Assembly (NCBI GenBank): GCA_017654855.1
Contig: CM030334.1
Location: forward strand, 2,604,001 to 2,668,000
DNA from: Podospora anserina
Taxonomy: Eukaryota
Direction of reading: 5' to 3'
DNA length: 64,000 bases
Notes under the pieces: model-generated
The model's database searches: none
What the model saw: the letters and a program-made list of their open reading frames with translations, nothing else
Told to the model about the DNA's origin: nothing
Translations under genes and position numbers: made by a program
Shown: positions 36,396 through 48,375 of the stretch, one piece after another
How the letters are laid out: each line of letters begins with the position of its first letter
Numbering within the stretch: the stretch's first letter is position 1

Positions 36396-37586
36396 ATGAG
36401 CGCCCAAGATGCGGTGGACGCCTCCGAGCACTACGAGGTCTCCAAGCTCGAAGATGTGCCCTCGTTGACCACCATCATCATCGATACAAACCCACGCGCT
36501 TGGGCAGCACTGGGGGACGTTCTTCCACTCTCAAAGGCCATTGCCAATATCCAGATATTCATCAACGCCCACCTAGCGTTAAGCAACACAAACCAGATCG
36601 CCATTTTAGCCGCACACACGAACCGAGCTGTATGGCTGTATCCAACGCCCCCAAAACCACCATCAGAGGATGTTGAGATGCGAGATGCCGGCAAGACGGA
36701 TACCTTCTTAAACACAGCGAATAAATTCCCACAATACGCCCAAATCGAACACGCCCTCGTAACCTCCCTCCGTGAGCTCATCGGGAGCACGATACCACCG
36801 GACCTCAACGAGACCACAACTCAAATGTCAGGCGCCTTAACACTCGCCTTAGCCCATATGAACAAGACGGCGCTTGCCTATAGTGCGAGCCAGGCACTCT
36901 CCAACTCTACTGCAGGAACCACTGCCCCGGGCACAACCGCAAGCACCGGTTTGGTCGGTTTTCACGGCCGTATCCTCGTCATCTCCGTCTCCGACTCCGC
37001 CGCCTCCCAATACATCCCCACCATGAACGCCGTCTTCGCAGCCTCCATGTCCCGAATCGCCATCGATACCCTTGCTCTCCGAGGCAGTGCCACCTTCCTC
37101 GAGCAAGCCTCTTTCATAACCCAAGGCACATTTATTCAAGCCGCCGACCCTCAAGGCATCTTACAGTACCTCATGTTCGGTTTTGGAGTGGGTAGCGCAT
37201 CTTCCGGGCTTTCAGCAGCACAGAATGACGGCTCCGGGCCACTGATGGGCAAATCAAAAACAGGCAAACAAAGAGAGGGAGATGAGCTGAGGAAGCCGGT
37301 GGGAGAATGCCTGTTTACGCCGGCGGCGGACTCGGTAGATTTCAGGGCCGCGTGTTTCTGCCACAGGAACGTAGTGGACACGGGGTTTGTGTGTAGTATC
37401 TGCTTGAGCATTTTTTGTGAGCCACCGCCTGGGGACGAGTGTTTGACCTGTGGGAATAAATTGGCGGTGGGGGATTATGGGATGATCAAGACACCGGATG
37501 GATTGAACGTGGAGCCGGCTAATGCGAGATTGGCGCCTTCTCCGAGTGCTAAGAGAAAGAGGAAGTTGGAGGCCAATGGGGAATAA
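36396..37586 (+). CDS. TFB4: TFIIH subunit Tfb4/p34
   Basis: vWA-like SLTTIIIDTNPRAW, IFINAHLAL, QYIPTMNAVFAA; C-terminal Zn finger VDFRAACFCH..VDTGFVCSICLSIFC...C.TC. Confidence 0.94.
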   Translation: MSAQDAVDASEHYEVSKLEDVPSLTTIIIDTNPRAWAALGDVLPLSKAIANIQIFINAHLALSNTNQIAILAAHTNRAVWLYPTPPKPPSEDVEMRDAGKTDTFLNTANKFPQYAQIEHALVTSLRELIGSTIPPDLNETTTQMSGALTLALAHMNKTALAYSASQALSNSTAGTTAPGTTASTGLVGFHGRILVISVSDSAASQYIPTMNAVFAASMSRIAIDTLALRGSATFLEQASFITQGTFIQAADPQGILQYLMFGFGVGSASSGLSAAQNDGSGPLMGKSKTGKQREGDELRKPVGECLFTPAADSVDFRAACFCHRNVVDTGFVCSICLSIFCEPPPGDECLTCGNKLAVGDYGMIKTPDGLNVEPANARLAPSPSAKRKRKLEANGE

Positions 37587-37808
37587 TCCAAGAGTTTATT
37601 AGGGGTGGCTTTCAGGGCGTTGAATGCAGAAAGAGCGAGATACAGGCGTTTTATGATTTTCAAGCAAAAGCATAGGGTTCTGGACTGGACCGGGGGCGTT
37701 AGGGAGAAGTATTACCTTCTGGTATCACAGCGCAAAATAAGACTCGATGGGGCGTTTTGTCCCCCTGGAAATACCATAAGGTTTCATTGCGAATTATAAC
37801 TCAACTCT

Positions 37809-38419
37809 CTAAGCCCTTACAATATCCCACTTCAACTCCTTGATACTGACCTCATCACCAGCCTTTTCGTCATACTCGAACCACTCCCCTTCGTTGAGCT
37901 CCACGCCGGTGAACTTAGTGTTGGACTCTAGGCCGTCGACCTCGAACTCGCCCTCGGGGATGAATTCTACGAATTCGAGGCCGCGGCAGTCGAAGGTGAT
38001 GATCTTTTGGGACTTGGGTGGCTCGCCTTGTTGGTAGGGGGTTGGGGCGGTTTGGATGGAGGCGGAGGATTCGCGCTTGCAGTTCTTGCACTTCCAGACA
38101 AAGTTGGCTTCGCCGCGGGAGCCGGACATTTCGTTTTCTTCCTGTGGGCGGGTGTGAGTGGTGAAATGAGTGAGTGTAGTGTGAGTTGGGGGGGGGGGGA
38201 TCATACAAATCTGCTGACGCCTACGGGTTTGGGGTGGACTTCTCTGCAGGAGGTGCATTGGACTTTAAAGGTGTACCAGAAGGGGTGTTCTTTTGTGTCG
38301 GTTGGGCGGAGGTTTGTTACTCTGTGTGGGATGGATGTAAGCTATGAGCTCATGATATGGAAGAGCCGAGATACGTAAACATACCCGGAGAGCTCGGCTG
38401 TGAGTGTGAGGGCGAACAT
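37809..38419 (-). CDS. UPF0587/DUF866 (CZIB/C1orf123-like) CXXC zinc-binding protein, 160 aa
   Basis: Exons 38419-38385, 38321-38207 and 38141-37809. Motifs FKVQCTSCREVH, GSRGEANFVWKCKNCKRE, FDCRGLE and WFEYDEKAG. Confidence 0.9.
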
Positions 38420-38789
38420 GTTGTGAGATTGGTCCTGGCTCTAGTGCCAAGGGATGAGTGAAGATGTGTATGTGTATGAAAGAGCTTGGACAGCCGACGC
38501 AAGGATGAGCTTCTCGTGATGGACGCGATGGAGGGGCACTCCTGCCCCGCTGGTGTTGAGACTGCGGGGCCCCCGTACAGCTCGTGTAATTACTGGGTAT
38601 TACACCATAATTACACAACTTGGCGCGGGAGCTCGGGCCACCCCACCTTCGTGATTGCTCAACTCAGTTGAGGTCACAAAAAGCTCAGGGCCAGTCAACA
38701 CTTTGAGCTCAGCCCACTAGACTGCCCGACAACACAACACCAAAACACCCAGTCGGTCCCGACACAAGATTGGCCGGCATGCCCCGAGG

Positions 38790-41195
38790 ATGACAAGCCT
38801 TTGGTCAATGGCAGCCCGGCTGCAGGGCTGCCACTGTCGGGCGTGCCATCGAACCACACACACCATAGCCCGACGGTCGCCGCCGACAAGGGTGACGCCA
38901 TTGACGACCAGTGCCCAAGCCCACGGACGACGAAAGGTTCTGGCCAGCGATGTCTTTACCGCCTGCTACACGGCTATCATGGCCACGGCCGCCGTGTTTG
39001 ATGCTGGGCAGAAAGATCGTCGGAGACGAGAGCTCGACGAGAAGATTGAAGAGATAAAGCAGAGTTTAGCTGCGCTTGCCGAGGCAAACGGGCACAGCTT
39101 GGAGATTGATCAAGCGACTGGGGCTCCAGAGCCATCTGAAGACCTCATTGAGGAAGCCACTCAACAACTTTCGTCGTCCTCGACCGCTGAGAGCACAGTC
39201 GAGCCAACGCCCCAACCACCACGGCAAGCTGGGCGGAGACGACGACCAATACCTCGGCCCCGGACCGAGCAGGAGAAGCTAGCTCCACCACCACCAACGA
39301 CGTTACGATACGTCTTGAACCATATATGCAAGACTAGGATGGTCACTCCGTATGAGAAATCACACAAGCTTTCAAGACCAGCTACAGGCTCTGCAACGTT
39401 GAGTGTCTTGAGTAACGCCTTGGCTGAGGAGGAAGCCATGATGAAGCCGTTGACCCCGGAGCCGGTGACCGAAATAGCCAGGATGAAAACAGTCGCCATG
39501 GTCAATAGTCTGGTCGACCGGCTCATCAAAGTGGCTTATTGGAGGACCGAGAAAGAGGCACCAGGAACGCATCCAGCGCTAAACAGCCCCGACTCTGCGC
39601 AGACTATGGTCAAGATGCTCCGGTCAGACGGGAACCCGCGCTACAAGGACACTTTCTTGGACGCAGAAGATGCCGCTAGACAGAGGGCTCGCTTGAACGA
39701 AGCCAATATGAAGGTTATCTCCGAGTTTAACCCATGGAGGAGGGAAAGATTTGTGGCCAAGATTTGCTTCAATATTCTCACCTGCGAGGTGTCTCCTTCG
39801 ATCCAAAACTACAACACTCTTATATGGGGGTTCACGAATCTTGGGGAGCACGACCTCGCCCAAGCCGTGGTGGATTCATTCCTCAATGTCAGTCGCTTCC
39901 GGCCAACGCAGGCGACACTGCTGTGTCTACTCTATCACTACCGGGCAAGCCGCGATATTCTGGGCTTTCATACCATTCTTCGGAGGTTTTTCGGTCACGA
40001 TTCCCGGGGCATGAGATTACGTAGGAGGGTGGCTATCACCCACTTCAAACGAGATCGCCATCAAGGAATCAACCGCCTTTGGTGGGCTGTCGAGGGAGAC
40101 GTAGCTAGGATACGGGGCTACTACGTCCAGCGCGTCCCGCTAAGCCAGCCGATCATGGAGGCTATCATTGAAGGCCTGCTGGATTTTGAACGCACCCTAG
40201 ATGCTGTTCAGCTGACCCAGGCTTGTCTGAACGAGAGTTGGGCCCCCAATGCCGATCTTTTCAGGCGATTATGCGAAATCATCGTAACACATGGCGATTG
40301 GGTAAGCGCGAAGGCGCTCATCCAAGGTCGCCTCGCAAAACTCAACCAAACCACATTTTTGCTGTTGGGCTCAGGAGACGGGAAACGTCCAGGCTTGCTG
40401 AACTTTTCGGCTGCTAGACAGTTTAGGAGAGTCTTGGCCATGACGAAGACGTTGTGGATTCATGATCAAAACACGGCCTGGCTCCAAGCTGGCGCAGAAA
40501 GGTTACGACACCTGGAGACAGCGCTCTGGCTCCTGGGGGTTCAGTCTAACCTTCATTTTGAGAGGTATACGACGCGGAGATTGGAGAGCATTCTTCGCTC
40601 GGCACGGCCCCTTACAGCTGATCGTATCGACCTTGTGAGCTCTGTCGTCGATAACATTGCCAAGAGGCACAGGTCGGAGGCTGAATTTCTTAAACACCTA
40701 GAGATTCGGGAAACTGTCAATGCCATGCACCGCGAATGCGAACTCACCAGGCAATGGCGGGAGCAAATTGAGCATGGCATTTGCGAGTGGCTGGCCAGGA
40801 AATTCAGGTTTGGAGCTCTGAGGAGGGCAGAAAGCTACCTCAACCCAGCGATACCATTCACCAAACGATTCCGCCAGGCCATTCGGTTTGGGACGCCAGG
40901 GACGCCAGAGTATGAAGTTGCGGGGATTTTCAGGGAAGCGCAGGAGCTAGAGCAGGAAATGAAGATTACCCTTGCCAGGGCGCTGCCGCGGAGGTATATT
41001 GAGGAGCTGAAGCCGAGGTTGACCGAGTCCGGGGATATGCACTGGAAGAATCTGGCGTATACTTTCTCGAGGTATCTGTACGATTTCCAGGATGGGATGG
41101 CGGCGGAGGAGGAGAGGGCGAGGCAGGCGTTTGAGTTGGGCTTTGGGACGCAGCTGAGTAGGCAGGTCTCGCTGTTGTTGGGGTATACGGCATGA
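38790..41195 (+). CDS. Probable mitochondrial pentatricopeptide-repeat-like RNA-binding protein (801 aa)
   Basis: Basic, acid-free N-terminal presequence-like segment containing CHCRAC. PPR-like motifs PSIQNYNTLIWGFTNLGEHDLAQAVVDSF and PTQATLLCLLYHYRASRD. Single long ORF. Confidence 0.7.
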   Translation: MTSLWSMAARLQGCHCRACHRTTHTIARRSPPTRVTPLTTSAQAHGRRKVLASDVFTACYTAIMATAAVFDAGQKDRRRRELDEKIEEIKQSLAALAEANGHSLEIDQATGAPEPSEDLIEEATQQLSSSSTAESTVEPTPQPPRQAGRRRRPIPRPRTEQEKLAPPPPTTLRYVLNHICKTRMVTPYEKSHKLSRPATGSATLSVLSNALAEEEAMMKPLTPEPVTEIARMKTVAMVNSLVDRLIKVAYWRTEKEAPGTHPALNSPDSAQTMVKMLRSDGNPRYKDTFLDAEDAARQRARLNEANMKVISEFNPWRRERFVAKICFNILTCEVSPSIQNYNTLIWGFTNLGEHDLAQAVVDSFLNVSRFRPTQATLLCLLYHYRASRDILGFHTILRRFFGHDSRGMRLRRRVAITHFKRDRHQGINRLWWAVEGDVARIRGYYVQRVPLSQPIMEAIIEGLLDFERTLDAVQLTQACLNESWAPNADLFRRLCEIIVTHGDWVSAKALIQGRLAKLNQTTFLLLGSGDGKRPGLLNFSAARQFRRVLAMTKTLWIHDQNTAWLQAGAERLRHLETALWLLGVQSNLHFERYTTRRLESILRSARPLTADRIDLVSSVVDNIAKRHRSEAEFLKHLEIRETVNAMHRECELTRQWREQIEHGICEWLARKFRFGALRRAESYLNPAIPFTKRFRQAIRFGTPGTPEYEVAGIFREAQELEQEMKITLARALPRRYIEELKPRLTESGDMHWKNLAYTFSRYLYDFQDGMAAEEERARQAFELGFGTQLSRQVSLLLGYTA

Positions 41196-44015
41196 ACATG
41201 GAATGGGGGTGCATCGAGATGGATGGCTGTGTATATATACATTTGCATGATTGTGGATTAGGATACTGTACAAAAGGAATGAGAAGGCTGGGGAAGGGGG
41301 TTCTAGGCCAGGTAGTAGTGTTAAGCTAGTACAACTGGGACTGGCTTGTATCTTGGAAGAATGGGATGCTTGTCTACTGAATGGCGAAGAGAGGACTGCA
41401 AGTATACAATCATCACCCGGCGGGATCCCATTCTATGTCATATTAAAGAGCATGACCTAGACGAGGTTTCCGCGAGTGATGACTGTATTCTTGGTGCTTT
41501 TTACCGACGTCGCTTGACAGCGTTCCTTTCTTTGGGGAAACGAGTCTGACTTGTACTTGCTCAACACCACCACTCGGCCACAGAGTTCTTTGACCCGGGC
41601 CAATTGATCATCTCTGTGTTGTTACTTTGATGTTGGCATTTTGCGTGGTGGGCGCAGCAGGGCATTGGTCACTTTCGACTCAACATAACAGACAGTTTAC
41701 ATGTGCCGATGTCTAGACAGTGATGCTCACAATTTTTGCCGTCGGGGATATCAGCATGCTCCAACAAGTGGCGATATCTGCAATAGCCCCCATGCTGACA
41801 TGTTCTCATCATCCCAAGTTTGCACTCTTTCTCTCTACCTACATCATCGACAGCCCATCTCCCGACCTGACCGGACCGTACCAGACCCAACCTCGCGACC
41901 TACCCGGGGACGGGACTCACCCGCTTACGCCACGCAAATGCCGACGACAGATCAACAAGTCAGCAGAAGCAAACTTGAAAATCACACAGATCACGAGTTC
42001 AGACGACGGTGATCACCCAACAGCAAGCCACGGGAGAGCAAAATAAGAAGGGGAGCAGGCAGTGTGGAAATCATTCCTGCCTTTCTTTCCTAGGTAACCA
42101 ATGTTCTGGAATCTCTGGGACTTGGTATGGACCGTGATAGGGGCTTGGTCAATGGATAAAATGTCCGTCACCGCTACCGCGCTGCCCGCTCCCGCTATCA
42201 TGCTTGATCCGATCTCCAAAACAACCGTCACACGTGCACAGAGGGGAGGGGGGAGGAAGGACAGAAATAGTCTCTGGGTGAGGCTGGGTGAGGATCATTG
42301 TCCGTGTGTTGACGCTGGTTTATGCGAAAGCGCGCAACATGTTGACGATGATTGACGCGCCTGGAAAATCGCATGAAGAAGGAGAAGAGTTTCTTGAAGC
42401 GCTGGCCAATGGGAGCGAGTCTTGGTTCAAACGTCGCGATGAAAATTGGGGGGTGTTGTAGCTGTGGTGGAGAACCGGGGAGGATGAAACTGGTGGTCTC
42501 CTTAATGAATTTAAGTTGGGGACTGGGGAGAAGGGAGTCTCGAAACTGGACCCCTGATGAGGGGATAAGGTCTGGGCAGGGCTGGGCAGGGCAGAGGATG
42601 TTGATGGCGGTGGTGATGATGGTAAGGAAGGATGCCAACGAAATGATATTGTTGTACAAACTTGGGATCCGGAGAGGGTGGATGACGGAAATAAGCTTGT
42701 TGAACGTGAGGTGAGTGGTCGGGAGGATTGCTAGGTGAGAAGGCACTGGCCGAGGCATATCGAGACTTCTTTGCGGTTGGACCCCCTCTACTGTCTGACG
42801 AGAGAAGGTTGCACTTCGATTGTTGTACCGCTTCTTTTCTTTCTAAATAAAATCCAGAAAAATAGGCGAGTTCGAGAAGTGAGCGAAACAAGTCTCGCAT
42901 TTCACCAACAACCGCTGTCAGTTAAGCTGCACCCATCGGGCTATTATCGTCTGTTATAGTACCTCTCCGTAGCACTGTACCAGACTTCTCGCTGGCGATC
43001 ACTTGTCTCAGACACCTTTGCCCACCTTCCTGGTTTTGATCTCTGATCATTAATGATTTTCAACCTTGTGTGCCTCAGTGATCTTTTTGCCCCGCCCCCA
43101 TCTTCACCAATCGGTCGGGTTGAAGATCAACCGTGCAAACTTTTATCTCTCGGATGACGGACGGATGGATGGGAAAGCAAAAAAGGATGATGCTTGACAA
43201 CTTGAAGCCGTCACGGCTGTCCACCCTTTCGGATCTTGAACGGACAAACCGACGGGCGATGAACGCCTGAGGGTTCATACCTGATGTCACTGCTTCAGAA
43301 GTATGGAGACAGCAGAATCGAAAAAGCCCCCCCTTTTCCATAACGGTGCCCTAGTCAGGCAAAATGATTGGCTCCCAGCCTGTCTCAGGTTTGCGGTTCC
43401 TGCATCTGCCCCCTGGTCTTGGCTACGGCACCCCTGTCGGTGTCACGACAGAGCCTCCTGGATTTCCGGCAAACCGCCCAGTGTGCCAGTCAACCACCAT
43501 TCTCGCGGCAGTCGAATCGAAAAGAGCAATCACCTAACGGTGGGGTTTGAGAAGAGGAACCAGGCGGTTGATGATGCTTGGGAAACAGACATGGGTTCAT
43601 CCCCCCCCCAAGCCCCACCCATGGGAATCTCGGAAAACATCTCTTGGGCGATGGAACCTTGGTGTGGATTGCCTGATGGTGGCCCCCTCATAAGAACCTC
43701 ACCACCCAGGTGTTGTTTTCTTTGTGTTCCCTATTTTCTCCTCTTGTTTTCTTCACGTTCTTCCAAAAAAATAAACCTTCATTTTCTTGGTCAAGCACCA
43801 TTCCTTTTGCTTGTCTGGACATTCAATTCTTTTTCTTCTCTTGTATCTACACTCTCTAAGCAACTGTGTTTGCTCATTTTTACTGCGAAGTCGATCTCTC
43901 GCTGCTTTCCAAAAGACTCAAACAAACGAATATTTTGCCAGGCGCACTTTGAACAATTTCATCACCACATCAACTTCGAACTTACCCAGAGATATACACC
44001 AGATCAACCTTCAAG

Positions 44016-45572
44016 ATGAAGTCTGCTCCTCTTGCCGTCGGCCTTTTCGCCGCCCTTACCACCGCCTACTCTCACCCCAGATACAACATGCACTGGAGGC
44101 GACAAAACACCACAAACCTCATCTCCAGCAGCTCGGCTGCCGAGACGGCTGCCGCTACCTCTCTCGGAACCGGCGTTGCTGATCTCTCCTCCGCTATTCC
44201 TCTCTCCACTGGTGTTGAGTCTGCCGTCGACACTGCCATCACCAGCGCTCCTTTCGTCAACGGCACCGCCACCACCACTGCTGCCCAGGCCGGTATCACC
44301 ACCTTGACCGTTTCCACCACTGAGGTGCTCACCATCACCTCTTGCGCTGCCGAGGTCATCGACTGCCCTACCAAGACTGAGGATCTCCTTGAGCTCCCCA
44401 CCGAGGCCCTGGAGACCGTCATCGTCACCAACACCGTCGTCCTCACCGAGATCGTCTGTCCCGTCACCGAGGTCCCTGCCATCGAGTCCAGCGTTCTTGA
44501 AGAGGCTTCTTCCGGTCTCATCACTGGTTCCACTCTCACCCCCTCTGACGCCCCTGTGATCACCGGAACTGGCATTGCCATCACCAACACCGGTACCGCC
44601 CCCGCCGAGACTGCTGCTCCCGCTGACACTGCTGTCGAGACAGCCCCTGCCAGCACTCACGTTGTTGAGACTGTCGTTTCCACTGAGACCGAGAGCATTG
44701 TTCACACCGTCACCAGCGAGCGCGTCGTCACCGTCACCCTCGGTGGCGGCGGTGTTGCTGAGACCCCCCGTGTCGTCACCACCAAGGTCAAGACCAAGGT
44801 TAAGTCCACCGAGACCAAGGTCAACGTTGTGACCGTCACCGTCAGCCACCCCGCCGGCGAGACCGCCGCCGCCACCACTCCGGCTGCCGGTGAGACCCCC
44901 GTCGAGGAGACCTCCGCTGCCGTCCCCGGCTCCGCTGAGACCACCCCTGCTGCCGATGTCGACACCACCACCACTGCCACTCTCACCTCCACCGGCACCC
45001 GCACCGTCACCGTCAAGAAGCCCAATCAGCAGACCACCGTCACCGCCGTCGTCACCCCCGGCGCTGGTGCCGGCAATGGTAACGGCAACGGCAACGGCAA
45101 CGGCAACGCCCCCGAGGAAGCCTGCCCCGTCTGCGAAGTCTGCGAGGGCGCCGTCACCGTCACTGAGACCGCCGCCACCGCCACCGTGACCGTCACCGAG
45201 GCCGGTGCTGCTGCCGGTGCCGTCACTGTCACCGTCACCGAGGCGGCCGCCGTCTCCACCGTCTTTGTCACCGTCGGCGGTGGCAAGAACAAGGCCGTCA
45301 AGACCAAGAAGAACAAGAACAAGAACAAGACCACTACTACCGCCACCACCGAGGTCGCCGCCACCACCACCGCTGACGAACTCGCTGCTGTGACCACCCC
45401 CGTTGAGGAGGTCGTCGAGGAGGGTGACGAGGAGGAGGCCTGCCCCCCTGATGAGATTGTGACTGTCACCGCCGAGGCCAGCGCCACTCCTTTCCCTACT
45501 GCCGCCAATGGGACGGTCGTGAGCGGTGTCGCTTCCGCTACTGGGGCTGCGGTGCCGGTTAAGCTTTTTTAA
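44016..45572 (+). CDS. Secreted Thr/Ala/Val-rich cell-wall or mucin-like protein (518 aa)
   Basis: Signal peptide MKSAPLAVGLFAALTTA, dibasic RR site, flocculin/CWP-like motif TEVLTITSC...CP, TVTVT repeats and strong C-ending codon bias. Confidence 0.85.
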   Translation: MKSAPLAVGLFAALTTAYSHPRYNMHWRRQNTTNLISSSSAAETAAATSLGTGVADLSSAIPLSTGVESAVDTAITSAPFVNGTATTTAAQAGITTLTVSTTEVLTITSCAAEVIDCPTKTEDLLELPTEALETVIVTNTVVLTEIVCPVTEVPAIESSVLEEASSGLITGSTLTPSDAPVITGTGIAITNTGTAPAETAAPADTAVETAPASTHVVETVVSTETESIVHTVTSERVVTVTLGGGGVAETPRVVTTKVKTKVKSTETKVNVVTVTVSHPAGETAAATTPAAGETPVEETSAAVPGSAETTPAADVDTTTTATLTSTGTRTVTVKKPNQQTTVTAVVTPGAGAGNGNGNGNGNGNAPEEACPVCEVCEGAVTVTETAATATVTVTEAGAAAGAVTVTVTEAAAVSTVFVTVGGGKNKAVKTKKNKNKNKTTTTATTEVAATTTADELAAVTTPVEEVVEEGDEEEACPPDEIVTVTAEASATPFPTAANGTVVSGVASATGAAVPVKLF

Positions 45573-46470
45573 ATAACCGACGGTTGTTGTTAGTGCTTAA
45601 AACGGACAAAAGAGTGGCTACGCCCGCGAGGGCGTAAAAGTATCGCCATTCTATCTTCCGGGGAAGGGGGGAGCGTGTAAGATCAGTCAGCCACTTTGGG
45701 TATCATAGATGGATTTTGGAGATTTTGATGTTGTGGAAATGTTTTCTTTTCTCTCTGAGCCCTAGACGGGAAAGAGAGAGCCCAGGCAATTTTGAGCCTT
45801 TTTTGTGTACATTCATTCACTTGCTTTTTTTTTTTTGGAAGAACGACGACGACTTGGTTGAAGCTTGGGGATGAATTAGAAGATGAACCGATGAATAGAC
45901 AAACAAATAACATCTTTTTAGTGGTTAAAACCAACTTGAGTATATACCCAGACAAAAAAAAAACCTGAAAGTGCAAATGAATGAACCCGTTGAATAATCA
46001 CATGTCGGTCTGAGAAAAAGGAAGGAGATAAACTGTCAGATGACGTTGACGATCACAATAGGCAATCACTGTTCCGCTAATTGGTGGATGGAAAGAAGAT
46101 AACAGCGCAGGGTTGGGGTTGAGTATGGTGGAATGGATACCCAACTCCGCTTTGCTTTTGGGGTAAGCGGCGTGGGACAGGGGATCACTACCAAGGCTTA
46201 TCTATCTTGCTCTTGCTTAAAGGGTGCCTGCCTTCCCTCTTCCTTGAAGTGGGGAGTAAGTTTGAGGATGAGAAGGGTGAGAAACGGAAACGGATAGGGT
46301 TTTTTTCCCGTTTTTTTCGTGGATACACTATTTCTGGTTGGGAAAAGTGGGATTTTGCTTCTATTCTTTATCTTGCACTCGCGTCTTGCTCCGTTGTACA
46401 TTTAGCGTCGTGGTTGGTAAGAGGTTGGTTGCAACGAAACAACGACGAGCTTTTTGGACATATGCATAGT

Positions 46471-46480
46471 TGTATATAAG
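46471..46480 (+). promoter_or_regulatory. TATA-like element upstream of the GGT gene
   Basis: TGTATATAAG about 25-30 nt before the ATG at 46503. Confidence 0.4.
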
Positions 46481-46502
46481 GGTAACAAACCATATCATCG
46501 CC

Positions 46503-48375
46503 ATGTGTAAGTCCGCTTTCTTTATTTCCCAAACTTATTCAGCCCCAAAACTAACACCACCTAGACATCCCCATCCTCCCCCTGGCCCTCAGCCTAGCCA
46601 GCACCCTCACCCTCACATCCGGCCTTCCGGCCCCATTCCGCTACTCCCCAGAACAAGAACAATGCGTCCTCAACCTTGACCCTTCAACCGCGCCAAATGG
46701 CACCCGCGGGGCCGTCGCCTCCGAATCCAAACTCTGCTCCCAAATCGGCATCGACATGATCTCCCAAGGCGGGACGGCAGCCGACGCCCTCGTAGCAGCA
46801 ACCCTCTGCGTGGGGGTAATAGGAATGTACCACTCGGGCATCGGCGGCGGCGGCTTCATGCTCGTCCGCGACGAGCTTGGCCGCCATGAGGTCATCGACT
46901 ACCGGGAGACTGCCCCTTCTTCTGCGCACAAAGACATGTACAAACATGATCGAAACGCCTCAGTGATTGGGGGGTTGGCGGTGGGGGTGCCGGGGGAGAT
47001 TAGAGGGCTGGGGTATCTGCAGGAAAAGTATGGGAGGTTGGGGTGGAAGGAGGTGGTGATGCCTGCTGTCGAGGTTGCGAGGGAGGGGTTTACGGTTGGC
47101 GAGGATTTGGTCAAGTACATGAAGGCTGCGAGTGCCAATGATGACTTTTTGGTGAGCGATCCGGTTTGGGCGCAGGATTTTGCGCCGAATGGGACGTTGT
47201 TGGGATTGGGGGATAGGATTACGAGGAAGAGGTTGGCGAGTACGCTTGAGAAAATTGCCACTGAAGGACCTGAGGCGTTCTACGAAGGAGAAATCGCCGA
47301 CTCGATTATCAAGACTATTCAGGAGAATAACGGGACGATGACGCATGACGATTTGAGAGAGTATACCATCCGCATGAAGCAGCCCCTCAGCATTGATTAC
47401 CGCGGCTTCAAGCTTTACACGACGGTTGCACCCAGCAGCGGCGCAGTCACGCTCAACATCCTCAAGGTCATGGAGCAGTTCCCCCCTGAGGACTTGGCAG
47501 ACAAGAGCTTGACTGCCCACAGGCTCACCGAGGCGATGAAGTTTGCTTATGGAGCACGTCAAGAACTTGGTGACCCTGATTTCATCAGAGGGTTGACAGC
47601 GTTCCAGAAGACCATGTTGAGCGAGGAGAAGGCCCAACAGATCCGCAAGATGATCATGGATAACCAGACCCAGGCTCTGGACGTGTACAACCCACAATCG
47701 GTGTACGCTGCTGAAAGCTCGGGAACCTCTCACCTTGTTGCGTCTGACGAGACAGGCATGACAGTTACCTCCACCACGACAATCAACCTGCTTTTTGGGG
47801 CAAAAATCATGACCGACACTGGCATCATCCTGTAAGCCCCCCCTTCCGCTCTCTCAAACAAAGCTAACAACCCCCCCCCTTCCAGCAACAACGAAATGGA
47901 CGACTTTTCCCAACCCGGCCGCCCCAACTCCTTCGGCTTCGAGCCCTCGCCCAACAACTTCATCGCCCCTTACAAGCGCCCCCTGTCCTCCATCACCCCC
48001 CTTATTGTCGAACACGCCAGCAACGGCTCCCTTTTCTTTGCCACAGGAGCAGCCGGCGGATCGAGGATTATCTCTTCTACGATGCAAGTTGCCTTTGGGA
48101 TCATGTCCGCCATTGATCAGGGACGTAGTGCTGTTGGGGAGATGTACGAGGCCATCAAAGCCCCGAGGTTACACCACCAGCTCATGCCTAATGTTTTGAA
48201 TGTTGAGACGGGGTATGACGAGAGTGTTTTTGTTGGGTTGGGGAGCAAGCAGCATAATGTCTCTTGGATGGCTCCGGGACAGAGCTCAGCGCAGGGGTTG
48301 CTGAGGTTGTATAACGGGACTTTTGAGGCGGTTGGGGAGACGAGGCAGTTGAACTCTGGTGGTTTGACTGTTTAA
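46503..48375 (+). CDS. Gamma-glutamyltranspeptidase (Ntn hydrolase) with an N-terminal signal peptide (~586 aa)
   Basis: Exons 46503-46506 (ATGT), 46565-47831 and 47886-48375. Motifs GAVASE..CS.IG, SGIGGGGFML, IDYRETAP, G|TSHL (catalytic Thr), LNNEMDDFS, RPLSSITP and GAAGGSRIIS. Confidence 0.93.
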
